A stretch of 62,202 nucleotides of DNA, filler included, from Sphacelaria rigidula (lineage: Eukaryota), in the NCBI GenBank assembly GCA_964200075.2. It is 10 parts of 10 records of this genome, joined end to end, with 100 filler letters (N's around TTAATTAATTAA, not from the genome) between each part and the next. Parts side by side here need not be neighbours in the genome. Positions count along the whole stretch, not along the records: positions 6,232 to 12,362 come from CAXNAA020022029.1; positions 12,463 to 18,592 come from CAXNAA020022030.1; positions 18,693 to 24,822 come from CAXNAA020022031.1; 7 more parts are not named here. One strand, given 5' to 3'. Below are positions 11,357 to 23,872 of the stretch, in pieces. A program made the position numbers and the translations under genes. Numbering within the stretch: position 1 is the first letter of the stretch; every line of letters begins with the position of its first letter. A model generated the notes under the pieces. That model was not told the origin of the DNA. It saw only the letters and a list, made by a program, of their open reading frames with translations, and did not search any database.

Positions 11357-14170
11357 AGTCCATGAATGTTTACCTGGCTGTCCCCGACACGTGATACCCT
11401 GGCCAAATGCACACGCGTGAACCTGGTTTGTCCGATTATGTTTCTGTTCCTTCCGTTCTCCTTCCCCTATATTTGTTTTGTTCGCTATTATACTGGTGAA
11501 GCGCTGCTATTCATGTTACTGGTTCCGTCGTTTCTCACGCCGTTGATGACTGAGAATGTATCTTCCAGACACCGCCCTCGTGACTCTTGAATCATGGAGA
11601 TTGTAATACACTGCAATGAATATCCATAATTAGTTCAATCGATGTTGTTACATCTATGTGGCACGTGCGTGCAGGTTTAACGTGTTGATTATCACATAGT
11701 TAACCCCAAATCGGTGAAAAATGAGTGGAAACCCCTTGAACCCTCGAGCCCAGCCCTTCTACCCGGCGAGATCCGTCCAACAGCCTCCCGTGCAAGCACC
11801 TTCCCATGCAGCAGCAGGTTGACGCACCCTCCCACGCGGCAGAAGGTTGCCGCACCCCCTCAGCAGCATCAATCTTTTGTGCGTCCGCCACTGCAGCAGT
11901 GTTTTGCGCCACGACGATAACAGAAGTATTTTTGCGCCTTTCCAATAAAACGCCGCTGAAGCGCCGCAAATGAATTCGCTTAGTGCTCCTCACCAACGGT
12001 TTGCACAACCGATCTTTCCTCCATTTTTCTTCGGTCGATACTTCCAGTCACTGGGTCTGTGTTGACATTGTTCATCCTAAGCCAGGCGCAACCAGCAGTG
12101 TACATATTCCATGCTCAGCTGCTGCCGCCGCCTCTGTAGCATCGATCTAGGGACTAGGTTCCACCTAACCCGATGGGTACGCATACAAATATTTCACCCG
12201 TCCGGGGCTACCCCTCCTTAGAATGTCATTTTAGCCGATGCGAGTGGGAACTATGCACAGCAGCTGTGGGTACCAGCTGAAGTTTGGCACCACAGCAAGA
12301 GTAGCCACTGCTCACCAGTAACGGTGTTACTGGGCACCAGGGCAGGGGGGGGGGGGGGGGGGNNNNNNNNNNNNNNNNNNNNNNNNNNNNNNNNNNNNNN
12401 NNNNNNTTAATTAATTAANNNNNNNNNNNNNNNNNNNNNNNNNNNNNNNNNNNNNNNNNNNNAGGCCGAAGAAATCGTGAATTTGGTGATTTTGAGTCGT
12501 GATGATTCGTCCTAACCGTTGAATCTTGGGTTGGGAAGTGATTTTTATTTTTTCAACAAGGGGAAGACAATATATTGTTTCACGCGAAAATCGCCAGTGG
12601 GAACGTACAAGGTGGGCTTCTGTAGGGTACGATAGTCTTGTATACCCAAAGTATGAACTCGGGCACTCTACCCGTACCCGACAGTTCTGTGAAATCTGTG
12701 AGCCCTCATACTATTATAAGACATTTCTGTGATATTATTCACTATATCTTGGGGAGTGTACATACGCTTGTAGAAATAACCCATTGCGGATAAGGGCTTC
12801 TGTACAACCTCCATACCGTACCCGACAGTTCTGTACGTTCTGCAAGAATCATCACATCCCACGGAGGATACCCGTACCTACAGAACACAAAGCTTGCTCT
12901 GGCCAAATCGTGACCGATGGAGAGAGCAGACCACCCCACCGTGCTCACACTCGAGCCCAGCGTCAAACGAGGAGAGACCTTGGGTACACACACACAAACA
13001 CACACACAACCGTCCAGAACATGGGGTTATTAACCATCCTGATGATGAAAAATCGGAAACCCTTTGCCGACTTCGTTCATTCTCCTAATATCGATGCTCT
13101 CAGGCTTTATCACTTTTCAATCAATTCCCCGAACGATTTCCTGGTAGTCTGTCGGAGCTCGGCCTCGGGCTAATCCGAAACGCGGCAGGAACTACAGCAG
13201 GACACAGTGCACTTCATCCGTATGGTGTATCCACATAATGTATTTATCATAACCTCCCCCTACCCGACCTAACACCCTGAAGTGACGAAGTTTCCCACGT
13301 TTTGATCAAGATATACCGGAACCTTTAGCACTCTACCGGAATTGCACGCCGCCCCCCCTCGTAAATACCACGCCCTAGCGGTGGGCTTTCAATCCCAACA
13401 ACCTGTATCCCATGGGGGTGTTAAACACCGATTTCAGTGGTCGTACGAGGGGTTGTGTACTTGACTGATTTGACGTGACTTGATTTGATTTGATTGGTTG
13501 TCGCACTATAACTGACCCCCCAGGGATCCAGCCGTGATGACATGATAGACGTACCCAAGAGGACTTGTACCGGTGATATACACCGTATCGTCATCGGAAC
13601 GGATTTTGCAAGATCGCCGTTAACGACTGTATTGTACAAAGCAAGTGTCATCATCCGATGAATAGTGACACAAGTATGGTCGAACTTGAGAGCTTGCCTG
13701 GCGCCTGAAGGTGGCATCATAAATACACGTATATATCTACCACAATATGTCAACGTCAGCCTCGTGCGCCACAGCATGGTAAGTGAAATGTCGATCATCG
13801 TCCTATTGGCCATGCGAGGTAGCCGACGATTGAGAGATTAGTACGCCGCCCTATCCATATGAATGTTATCGGCTCAATGTTGAACAGTATCTCAACAATG
13901 CGATCTATTGCCATCAGTCGTAGTGGTGCAGTAAGCGTTAGGGTTAGCATATACTATCGGAAGATTGTACCGATGCACAATGATAGCGACATGCCTGTTC
14001 GAGCGGGGAGAGTCGACCCCCGTGGTGATGACTCTCCCTTCAACTTACTTGTGGGAGTCTCCATTTCTCAATAACGACGAAGCTCATGACACCCATAGCT
14101 GCATCTTTGGTCACACGCGGTCGCGGGCTCTCGATGCTCAACAAAATTGAATTCCGAAAATGGCATAACC

Positions 14171-14313
14171 GTAATGAGCGCCAGAATGTTGGAGGTGTCT
14201 CTATTAGGAGTAGGAACGGCGCTCCATCTCGAAAGGGATGCGTGGTCAACGGTCAAACGACTAAGGCAAGCAACAAATGAGTACGCCCCCCCCGCCCCCC
14301 CCCTCGCCCCCCT
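14171..14313 (+). mobile_element. 5'-truncated poly(C)-tailed LINE copy
   Basis: Encodes the ORF end NERQNVGGVSIRSRNGAPSRKGCVVNGQTTKASNK*, then gtacg and a long interrupted C tract. Confidence 0.8.
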
Positions 14314-14495
14314 CCCTGTCGCAGCATGACTCCCGGGGAGATATAGGGTGATCCCTTGAGACCACAGGTTCCTCCCTAGGAAGGGAGCGGGAGGGGGCGT
14401 AGGAACGAGAGGGATTGGATTTGTGGCGAACTATATGAATATATATATATATATATATGTTTACTTGCTATCGCCGAGGGATGTACAGTACTGAC

Positions 14496-14610
14496 CGTCA
14501 AGTCTTGGATGTTGCGGCGAGCGGCGAGCGATTCCAGCCTGGAGAGGAGACCAGCGAGCTCCCAATTTTGGTGCACGAACAGGACGCTCTGTGCGGAACA
14601 CTTCTGCCCG
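14496..14610 (-). CDS. ALDH12A1: Exon (phase 2-0) of delta-1-pyrroline-5-carboxylate dehydrogenase, ALDH12 family, with catalytic Cys
   Basis: gaag|C GGG CAG AAG TGT...TTG ACG|gtcagt; (S)GQKCSAQSVLFVHQNWELAGLLSRLESLAARRNIQDLT, matching plant ALDH12A1 GQKCSAQS...LAxRRxxxDLT. Confidence 0.92.
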
Positions 14611-14774
14611 CTTCGGGGTCCGAAAAAACAACATGCATCAAAAGGTCGGCACGCACGAATTATGGCAAAATATCAGCAATACTATGCATCCAGCAGAGCG
14701 GCATAGCTGTAGGCATTTTGGCAGAGGGCGGAGGCTCGCCCGTGCGCCGTTGTGAACTTACTACCACCATCGAT

Positions 14775-14937
<163 letters not shown>

Positions 14938-15126
14938 GTTCAGGAAGCGAACAGTTTACCCATTGAGCCAGTGAGTGCTCACTTGTTCAATGGGAAAAAC
15001 GGTCCGCTCCCTGAACAAAATATGTGCTGTGTGCTCCGTCCCGGTATGACACATCAATAATCTCCGGGACCTCTTGCCCCTCGCAAGCCACACTATTTAT
15101 ATGTCAAATTCATTACTCCCACAGTC

Positions 15127-15197
15127 GATCACGCCGGGACTCGAACCGCATATCTTTTGCTCAGGAAGCGAACAGTTTATCCATTGAACCGGTGAGC
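15127..15197 (-). pseudogene. Degenerate tRNA-Arg(CCT)-like sequence (SINE head or tRNA pseudogene)
   Basis: Minus: GCTCACCGGTTCAATGGATAAACTGTTCGCTT-CCT-GAGCAAAAGATATGCGGTTCGAGTCCCGGCGTGATC. A box, anticodon arm TTCGC/GCAAA and B box GGTTCGAGTCC are present; stems are imperfect. Confidence 0.6.
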
Positions 15198-16056
15198 GCT
15201 CACCAGCTCAACGGTTAAACTGTTCGCTTCCTGAACAAAAGCAGCCGACAACGACAACGACAACAACAATAGTTGCACTCCAGATCACCAGTGCTACCAG
15301 TCAGCGCATGCACAGTACTTGTGGTGGGCCAACATCGGAGCACATAGTCAAGGCATACATTGATGAGTGTCGACATGTCGTCGCATCTCATATCTGCGAG
15401 GGTTGAGGGGTGAGGCTTCATATCCTCGATCGGGGGGGTTCTGCATCTTTCATGCGAAAGAATTTCCAATTTCAGAAGCCATTTCGCAGTACAAGGACAA
15501 GGGGTTTGTTGTGGCCTGAGGTTTGTTCGCAAACAGCTAAACTAAACAGTCGGTCAAGACGGTCGTCAGATCTCAGGACAGCCTTGATGTCGATAATCAG
15601 CGACATAGCGATAGCTTGACGATTCATCCTGCAAAAATGTACGCCCAGAACTATGGCGTGGTACACACGTTTGCTCAAAGTGGAACCTGTACTAGGTCTA
15701 TACTCTTTGTTATTTCTTCATCCACTCCCCTTCCGCTCCGTCTAGTCCGTTCTCCCTTCTTCTTTTTTTCTCGCCCTGCTTTGCGTTTTTTCCTGTTCAC
15801 TCTGTGGATTTTCTTCCCTCTATCTTCGCTTCCCCCGTTTCTCAAACTCCCTCTTGCGAGTGTCTCCGTTTCTACCCCCTTGAGTACGCCTTACTTGCGA
15901 GCACCGCTGGATTGATAGGGGATCGGTTTGATGTGCGACAACCAATTCGTCAATTGGTGAATTTCATCCGTGACTCTCTCACCGAGTTTTGTTTCCTCTC
16001 TCACCGAGTTTTGTACATCGAGTGCTCCCGCTTTGTTTACCCGAGATAAGTCTATC

Positions 16057-16181
16057 ACACCGTGAACATTGTCGGAAAGTGTACTGCGTACAGTATCGAC
16101 TACTGCGCCCATTGAAACAGACAGTATATTCCATACTATACGCAGTACATTTCTTGACGATAGAATCTCTTGTCCAGGGTG
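16057..16181. mobile_element. Short palindromic MITE (CACCCTGGA...TCCAGGGTG family)
   Basis: Internal inverted repeat gtgtactgcgtacagtat / atactatacgcagtaca. Related copies at 44304-44867, 45045-45181 and 48263-48398. Confidence 0.6.
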
Positions 16182-16582
16182 TGCAATGTACAATAGACTC
16201 GATACTGTAAGCAGTACACTTTTTGACGAGGAAATCCATTGTCATCATCCAGGGTTCAAAGTCTAGTACGTGACAACGGCTACATTCTACGGTGATCAGT
16301 AAAAGCACGGCAATAAAATCGTCGATCAATCGCTCGAGGCCCCGAACCCCGTTACTTCGGGCAACCATGTACCCCTAGCCCGTACCGTTGGCTGTCCCTG
16401 ATAAGACAAAATAAAAAACGCTCGCATCATTGGCATGCATGAATCACAGGTTAAAAGTGACTACTTTACACTCACGCGCTCGAGGGGAATATCAACGTTG
16501 ATGGTTGTGGGTCTGTATCTACTCTGCTGCCCTATATCCCTTGGGAATTTTCCATTTTTTTTTTTAATCCTTTTTTCTGTCA

Positions 16583-17051
16583 GGCTACTTCTTCTCTATC
16601 GGAAAATGAATCTTGTGGAAAAGTGCATTTTTGGCCTTTCTCCGTCGTTTCCCCCCCGAAAAGAGGGCTAGGCGGATGTTGATACCTTGGAATGACTTCC
16701 TCTACTTGCTGAGGCCGTTCCAGAGCAAGTTTGCGTTCTCCGTAGGTCACAGTTTCGTTTTTGGCCAAAAAATCATTTTCAATAACGAATAGTCAAATTA
16801 CCAAAAAAATGTTAGTTTCCCCCCTGTTTTTTGGTAACTTGAGCGTTTCTTCTAAAAATGCAATTTTGGCCAAGAACGGAACTGTGACCCACGGGAAACG
16901 CAAAGGTGTTCTGGAACCATCTCAGCAAGTAGAGCAAGTCATTCCAAGGTATCAACGTCCGCCGAGCCCTCTTTTCGGGGGAAAAACGACGGAGAAAGGC
17001 CAAAAATGCACTTTTCAACAAGATTCATTTTTCTATGCATAAGAAGTAGCC
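16583..17051. mobile_element. Foldback MITE, PIF/Harbinger (Tourist)-like
   Basis: TIR GGCTACTTCTT...AAGAAGTAGCC with ~200-bp inverted arms; flanks TCA/TTA. A partial copy starts tta|ggctac at ~31290. Confidence 0.75.
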
Positions 17052-17456
17052 TTAGATCGGCCATTTCTTTCTGTGCTTTGCTTTTGTTGACTTTTCATTC
17101 TTCTGTTTTTACGTCTTAGCCGACCATGTCGTTCTGTTCGAGTTTTTTTTTTCTTTTTTTTTTTTTTTTTTTTTCAGCGAGGGCTTTCGTTTTTTTTTTC
17201 TTTTGGTCTTTCATTATTTTTCCCCCGCTTAAATCNNNNNNNNNNTGCTTTTGTTGACTTTTTATTCTTCTGTTTTTACGTCTTAGCCGTCCATGTCGTT
17301 CTGTTCGAGTTTTTTTTTTCTTTTTTTTTTTCTTTTTCTGCAGCGAGTGCTTCAGTTTTGTTGTCCTTACGTACGTCAATCATGTGACCACGGCTGAATC
17401 CCTGGGGTGTCACTTCAAGTGCGAAAATCAATCAATCAATCAATCAATCATGGTAC

Positions 17457-17560
17457 CTGTAAGCGTAAGCGTCTTGATCACAAGTGAAGGACACGTAGTC
17501 TTCGTCCCTGACATCAGGACCCAGGATTTTCCAGTCAAACCCCGCATCCTCGATTTTCAC
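17457..17560 (-). CDS. ALDH12A1: Exon (phase 0-2) of ALDH12-family P5C dehydrogenase
   Basis: acag|GTG...TAC AG|gtacca; VKIEDAGFDWKILGPDVRDEDYVSFTCDQDAYAY, the EDAGFDWK-LGPD ALDH12 signature. AG+C forms Ser across the 2.85-kb intron to the 14610 exon. Confidence 0.93.
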
Positions 17561-18279
17561 CTGTTCGAGACGCAGTGAACACAAGCCATGCGGACACGAA
17601 CTGTGTGCTTGCTTGCTTGTTCGCATCGCATGTGTAGTAAACCCCTGCCCTTCGTCAGGGGAGGTCCGTCCGTTGCGTGAAAGAACCAACCCGTCTCTCC
17701 CTTCGGCTATTTCCTGGCCCTTGATTTTAAAGCAATGACATCAGCGACATCCCCGCAATCCGTCGACTCTCACCCAAGTGGGGCTTGGTTCACCACCGTC
17801 ATTCCAACCTTTAAAATTTTCAGACAACAAAAATCGAAAGCAAGGCTATACCTACGGGGTACGTTCATGTTGAGATTTACTGAAGCTACTGCCCATGCTC
17901 GAGTTCGATCACTGGGGCGCGATGGCTCCTTGTACCACTGGGTCTCGTCTAGGATTAACTTATTATGCTAGCATAATTTCTGGCATAATTCCACCTTGAT
18001 AGCATAAATAGCATAGTGTTTCAGCAAGTAGCATAAATAGCATAGCGTTTCAGTAAATAGCATTACCGAGCATAATCTCCACATTAGGAGCATATTCGAG
18101 CGCAATTTTTCACCGTATGGGTGGAAGAAACGTCTAAATGCTGGCCTGCTTTGATATTTTGGGCCAAAAACTCTGCTATCATCGACCGCGGGTCTGTAAT
18201 ACGTGTATGCTCTGGAACCAATCATTCAAATTGCCAGTCTGATCGATTGCAGGTCTGAAAAACGTTCACACGCGGCCAT

Positions 18280-18592
18280 TTGACCACCCCCCAAAATGCC
18301 CCCGGAGGGATGCGCGACCCCCCAGAGGCAAAACAAGCCTCCGGAGGCCTTCAATCCTTATGGACGAAACCAAACACTACCGACCTGGAGGGCCGCGCAC
18401 CCCTCCGGAGGAATTTGGAGGTAAAAAAATGCCTTCGGAGAAATGCGCGGCCCTCCAGAGGCAAAACAAGCCTCCGGAGGCGTTTAAATTCCTTTAGAGG
18501 TGAAAAACAAATCTCCTCTGGAGGGCCGCGCACCCCTCCGGAGGCGTTTAATTCCTCTGGAGGCTCGAAAAGTTGACCAACCTGGAGGAATT
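18280..18592. repeat. Array of palindromic CCTCCGGAGG-type motifs (probable transposon subterminal repeats)
   Basis: About ten cctccggagg / cctccagagg / cctctggagg variants with recurring linkers (gggccgcgcacc, caaaacaag, cgtttaa); cut by the contig end. Confidence 0.75.
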
Positions 18593-18712
18593 NNNNNNNN
18601 NNNNNNNNNNNNNNNNNNNNNNNNNNNNNNNNNNNNTTAATTAATTAANNNNNNNNNNNNNNNNNNNNNNNNNNNNNNNNNNNNNNNNNNNNCGAACCTT
18701 GGGGCGTCCGCG

Positions 18713-19300
18713 GTGAAGACGAAGCCGCGGCGGTACGAGCCAGTGAAGTCGAGTTGGTTGGCGTTGGGCATGGCCGCTTTTTTGGCGTTTGGGTTACTGT
18801 ACTGCAGTTTGCAGTCAAGCTTGGAGAGAGCGGCGATGGAAATGCCGGAAAATTTCTGCTCGCGACGGGTGAGCGAATCCAAGGTGGGGGCGCACATTCC
18901 CCCTTCCCACGAGGATATGGTGCATGGTGGGGATAAGGTGCATTGCACTCGCCCGGAGAAGGTGATCAATTTCAATTTACTCAGCGATGGAGCGAGTGAT
19001 CAGCTGGAAAATGGTGGGTTGGACGACGGAGATCCGATTCAAGATGATATGGTGATCAAAGACGATGTGGGCAACTTCGTGTGGTTGGAGCCCGCGGAGT
19101 CTAGTGTGGAGGCGAAGAAGGTGGAGCATTTTCTGACATGGTTCAAAGCAAACGCGATGGGGGGTCGCCGGAGGTATGGGTCGGCGAAACGGGATGGAAT
19201 GTGAAGAATTGTGCGGTGAGAGCGTTTAAGGCGCTGATGTATCGTAGATTTCGGATGGTCAATTTGCCGTTGTCCCATCGTAAATGTAAGCGAATGATGC
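18713..19300 (+). mobile_element. Decayed Ty3/Gypsy integrase fragment
   Basis: VHCTRPEKVINFNLL...MVIKDDVGNFVWLEPAES...HFLTWFK, then after a frameshift GSPEVWVGETG; rve-core pattern. Confidence 0.75.
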
Positions 19301-20089
19301 GTGATATTGCTAATATGATGTCAGGTCAGATGCTTCATGAGGATGGTGTGGTGTCCTCGAGAGCTGTTCCTATGCGGGACTATATGATTGTTCCCGTTCC
19401 ACCTCTCGTTTCACCTGATCAAGCGACTGACACAGGAGAAATTGTCGATGCGCAAGCTGCTGTGAAGGCAGAGTATTTGTCACATCGGTTCGGCAGTAAG
19501 GATATGCTGTTTGGTGGCATGCTGAGATGCACCATGAGGGTGCTAGATGTGAAAGGCTTGGAGAGCATGAGGAAACACATGATGACTGATAGTTTCGAAG
19601 CGTTTTTGACGAATTATAGTTGTTATGGTGTGTGCTTTGGGTCATGTTTGTGTCGTCGTTCGCGCATGAAGCATGACAGTAGAGCGGGTGTGCTCGTGTT
19701 GCGTTCGCTGGAAAATGCCGGTGTACGCGTGGAAGTTGGTATGCTTGTGTTGTACTGCTCTGCATAGCATGGATGATGCATGGATTGTGCAACACGGGTT
19801 GCATTGCAGGTCCTGAGTCAAATATTGGCATGCATGTACGAATGTTTGTATGCTGAGTGGGATCTTGGCACGCATTTGTGGAATATTTGCTCGAATGCTA
19901 CTCATGTGCGAGGTGTCTGATGACCGTCGGGGTGAGGCAGTTAACAAAACACTGCTGGATGATTAATGCATCGAAACTATGAAAACTGATCCTTGCCCGT
20001 GGCACGTTTTCGGTGATACTGTTCAAGGTATTGCGCCAGGTGAGGTAGTTTAATTTGATTTTTGTACGTCAGAAGTAGCAACCTTGACG

Positions 20090-20806
20090 GTACTAACTGT
20101 CTGATGGTTTGCTCTACGTCTGTTATTCCGGATGATTTGTCGAAGTTCGTTTGGTTGGAACCAACCGAGGCTTGCACTGCCGAGGTTTCGGCTGGGTATT
20201 TGTTGCAGTGGTGCAAGACTTTGGGGGTGCGGCGTGTGTGGGTTAGTGATACCACCACGCACTTCAAGAACCAAGTACAAGAATCGCGCAGCGGCGCGAC
20301 GCGCTGGAGGTGCAACACCAATTTGATGTTGCGTATACCCATTGGTCGAATGGTTCTGAAGTAATGGTCAGGTTATTGTTTGTTCGACTGGGTTGGTTTT
20401 GAAGTTGAGGAGCGCACGTGGGAGCCTTTGAAAAATATTTTTGAGGCAGCCCCGGAATTCCTCAAGAAGGAGTTGCGTGAGGTGCGAGTGACCCGTTCTA
20501 TTGCTTCTCGCATTACGCGTGAGTTTGGGATTCAGTTGTGACTTGCTCAATCGTTTTGGCGTTAGTTTTCTGAGTGTCAAGCTTGTTGATCGATTTCTCG
20601 TCCAACGCGCTTTGGGGGTGCTGTGGCGAAATCACGCCGTCACGATTGAGTATATAGTGGATCCTGGATGATGACCAGGGGACAAGGGCATCCTGGANNN
20701 NNNNNNCTGGGGAGTCCCTCAACAGCATTTAGACGCTGCAGTACTAGCAGACCCGCTAGCGTCATAGGCCGTAGTTTGTTTTTTGCGCCCCACGGGACGC
20801 TGCACA
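20090..20806 (+). mobile_element. Chromovirus-type Ty3/Gypsy 3' end: integrase fragment, chromodomain, polypurine-tract-like run and putative 3' LTR
   Basis: DDLSKFVWLEPTEACTAEVSAGYLLQWCKTLGVRRVWVSDTTTHFKN and VAYTHWSNG; chromodomain WVGFEVEERTWEPLKNIFEAAPEFLKKEL (20389 to stop at 20541); ttgggggtgc then TG at 20622 ... CA at 20806. LTR limits tentative. Confidence 0.8.
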
Positions 20807-20926
20807 GGGTTTCGTCACTCCGTGTAGAATTCATTGCTGTTTATATGCTGTGCAGCCTTTATAGCACGCATACAATATACTCTATACAGCATGGGCATGG
20901 TACTGGCAGAAAAATACGGTCGAGAA

Positions 20927-21003
20927 ATGGCAGGGGTGGGAATTGAACTCACGATTACGTGTGAGTTCAAGAGTGCGTCAGGCTGCCCATTGAGCTATCT
21001 CAC
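20927..21003 (-). mobile_element. tRNA-derived SINE head
   Basis: Minus: gtgagaTAGCTCAATGG ... GAGTTCAATTCC (A and B boxes) without a closed cloverleaf. Confidence 0.5.
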
Positions 21004-21588
21004 TTGTTGTGTGTGAAGAAATTATTATTTTGTACATTTAATAACTATCAAACAAAAACCTCTCTAAACAAAAGCATACTCGGGTGAGTGATTTTGGTAG
21101 ACTGCGGACCACGGGGTTTTCAAAAGCAATGTGAAATCATATGCGAGGTATACACCGTTAACCCGGTACCCACGTCTTGAGCGAAAGCTTAGTATCTAAA
21201 CTCGTAGACGTGTGGACAAACATTCGATCGTAATCAGTGTGTCGGATCTCAATCAACAAAAGCTGTTGAGAATTATTCGTCCTTTAGCCCATGTGCATGG
21301 ACCGGGGGGCAAAAGGATGAATTATTTTCAACTTTTGTTTTGCTTGTCGGATCCCATATGCTGATAACGGTGCAGTATGCGGGATATGCCGAGCTGACGC
21401 TGTTCGCAATAAATCTATTATCCTCCAATCTCCGGATGAAATGGAGGGCAAAGTGAAGATTTATTTCGAGTTTCTTCTGCTGCTGTTTAAATTCCAAATC
21501 TGCCAGTGTACATGGGATTTGCGCAGCAGAAGAAGAAGCTGTATATATATATTTTGTCCAATATAAATTGGGCGAAAAAATGATCTGT

Positions 21589-21688
21589 TTTGAATAGCTT
21601 CCCCTGCTGTCCGAGATGAGTTCCTTTTTGCCCGATTTGAATCGGGCAAAAAGGAACTCATCTCGGACAGCAAGAGAAGCTATTCAAA
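21589..21688. repeat. Near-perfect hairpin (33-bp perfect stem, 2-nt loop, ~49-bp arms)
   Basis: 21605-21637 is the exact reverse complement of 21640-21672; the arms extend with few mismatches. Confidence 0.9.
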
Positions 21689-23872
21689 CAAAAAAAAATT
21701 ACAGATTTTGTACTAATTTGGAATTTTCCAAATTGGGAAGGCCTCTCCACAGGGCTGCTTGCAGGGGTTCGACAAAAATGCTATGCAAAATGCTATTACA
21801 GGTACTAGGGTTTGCAAATGCTACACAGGGGTTTTCACAAAGACTGTGGAGAACCCTGTGCAGCTCGTCCTACAGGGTGCTATTTGTCCACGTGTGCAGT
21901 CAGCAACAGCACGTTTTCGGTCGCTATTTGACACGCACTCGGCCGCCCTTCACCTAATACTGGACGGATTTCCGTCAAACAAAGGCTGTCGTGTGTAGAT
22001 GATGAAGAGCTAGCGCTTGAGCTAATGCGCGTGAGAGGTGAATGTCTATCCGTCGGATTTCGTGGCGTCGGCGCTGTGCTACCTCTTTGCGTCTCGTCCG
22101 CAGCAGTACAGAGATATTGGTTGGACTAACGGCCACCTTCCAGAACCGCCGCATTTTTCACCTGTGCACAGATCTGGGCTTCGATGTGAACAAAACTGCT
22201 TGTCGATAAGACGCAGCACTGGTTGTTGTGGGGGCAATCACCTCTCCAAAAGTGATTTTTCGAATAGTGATAATCACTTCTGATAAGACCCCGCCTGAGA
22301 ATGTGGCATCAAATCACAACCAATCGAATTCATGAAAGAATAATAAAAATCCCCAACCGCCACAATCACTATCTATCACTATCACGTCGCGCTCCCGCAT
22401 TTTTGGACTCGATAACAGGGGCCCATGACCTTATTTTTTTGTCGCACTTTGAACTCCTCCCCTTCCTCGGGGCGAGTCCGTGGTCGCAAGGGATCAAGCC
22501 ATCTCCTGTTCACGTCCTCACACTTTCGACGGTGGTTGATACACAGTAGTATCGACTTCACATTCGTAGGGTAACCGCTGCATTGAAATTCAATAAAACG
22601 CACTGAATTAAATTACACGGGCGGAGCGCGTTATTTTCGAGCAGCACGCGCGCTAGCGTTTCCGTGTTGCCAATACTGTGCTAGTGCGCTTGTGCACTAC
22701 AACGTTGTACTCTCCTGTGGCAGCCGGTCACGGTGTTGCTCCTCATGTTTCATTACGCTTAATTCGAAAGCACGCAGAAGAAATGTCAGCGAGTCCATTG
22801 TTGTTGCACTTGGAGATGTGTTGTACCAGTTTTTCGATCTAGTACTACTGCCGCATGCTCCGTGCTGTACGACGAGCTAGTATGCCGTACCAGTTCAAAA
22901 ACGGATATGCGCGAAATAAACGCCACCGACATGCTCTGGTTATCATGAACTTTTACATTATGGTACCCGGGCGTTTTGGTACTGAAACGAGTCCACCAGT
23001 CCCTCCACTACCTACCGTGTTATGACTGGATGTACAGCATATAAGGCGATGTACTCTGCACGCTGCCCGCATCGCCCACTTCATTTCCATTTACTGTATT
23101 ACTGCATTTCTGCATATCCCGGTTTGGGCGCAGCTTGTGGAGCTTGCACGGTCTTGATGTTGGGTGAGTGAATGGTACAAGAAGTGCATACAAGAAGGGT
23201 TACCACGCATTTCCCTCTGTCCTGAGCACCTCCTTTGAGAGGCTTTCATTCCGCTAGCGATGCGAGAGCTTCTTGAGACACGTTTGAGTGAAACGGATTT
23301 CAGTCACTAAGCGGAGGGAAGATTAAAAGAGTCACGCATTGAGCGTTCTGGTAAGGTCACGTACGTGAGAAGCAGATTTAAGCTGAGCAACAGCAGGACG
23401 TGCGAGTAGAGTACTTTAGTGCCGTCGAGCACGTGAGAAAATGTATGTGAGCAGTACAACAAGAGATTTGCGCGTTGAGCGTTTGAGGACAGTCAAGCAA
23501 TGGCTACCTCAAAGGAAATAAGCACTGATGAAATGTCCGCAGAAACGTTAAGCAAGCATTACTAATGGAGGCCGCGAAGCAAAACGTGAAGCGATTGCAG
23601 AGAGATAGAGAAGCATGCATTTTGATAACTCAGGCCCACAGGGCAACCCCGGGCAGACTAGTACAGCAAACAACAGAGATCGTCTCAGCAACCCACGAGT
23701 TTCTCCCAAAACTAGGCAAGATGATTACATGGTAGGGCAACGAGCCCACAACATTGTACGCGTACGTAAAAAAACAATATCCACCCCTGGGACGAATCGC
23801 TGAAGGCAGGGGAAAGCTGTAAGTCAAAGTTTCGGGTGCTCCATGTACAGATGTGCGGATACTTTCGCCGTG

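Noticed and set aside
12870..12980. Next ALDH12A1 exon (AG...GT-bounded segment on the minus strand)
   Set aside because: No frame gives the expected (I/V)GPVLT continuation.
17078..17340. Tandem duplication of a T-rich segment
   Set aside because: The two copies straddle a 10-N gap (17236-17245); most likely a scaffolding overlap artefact.
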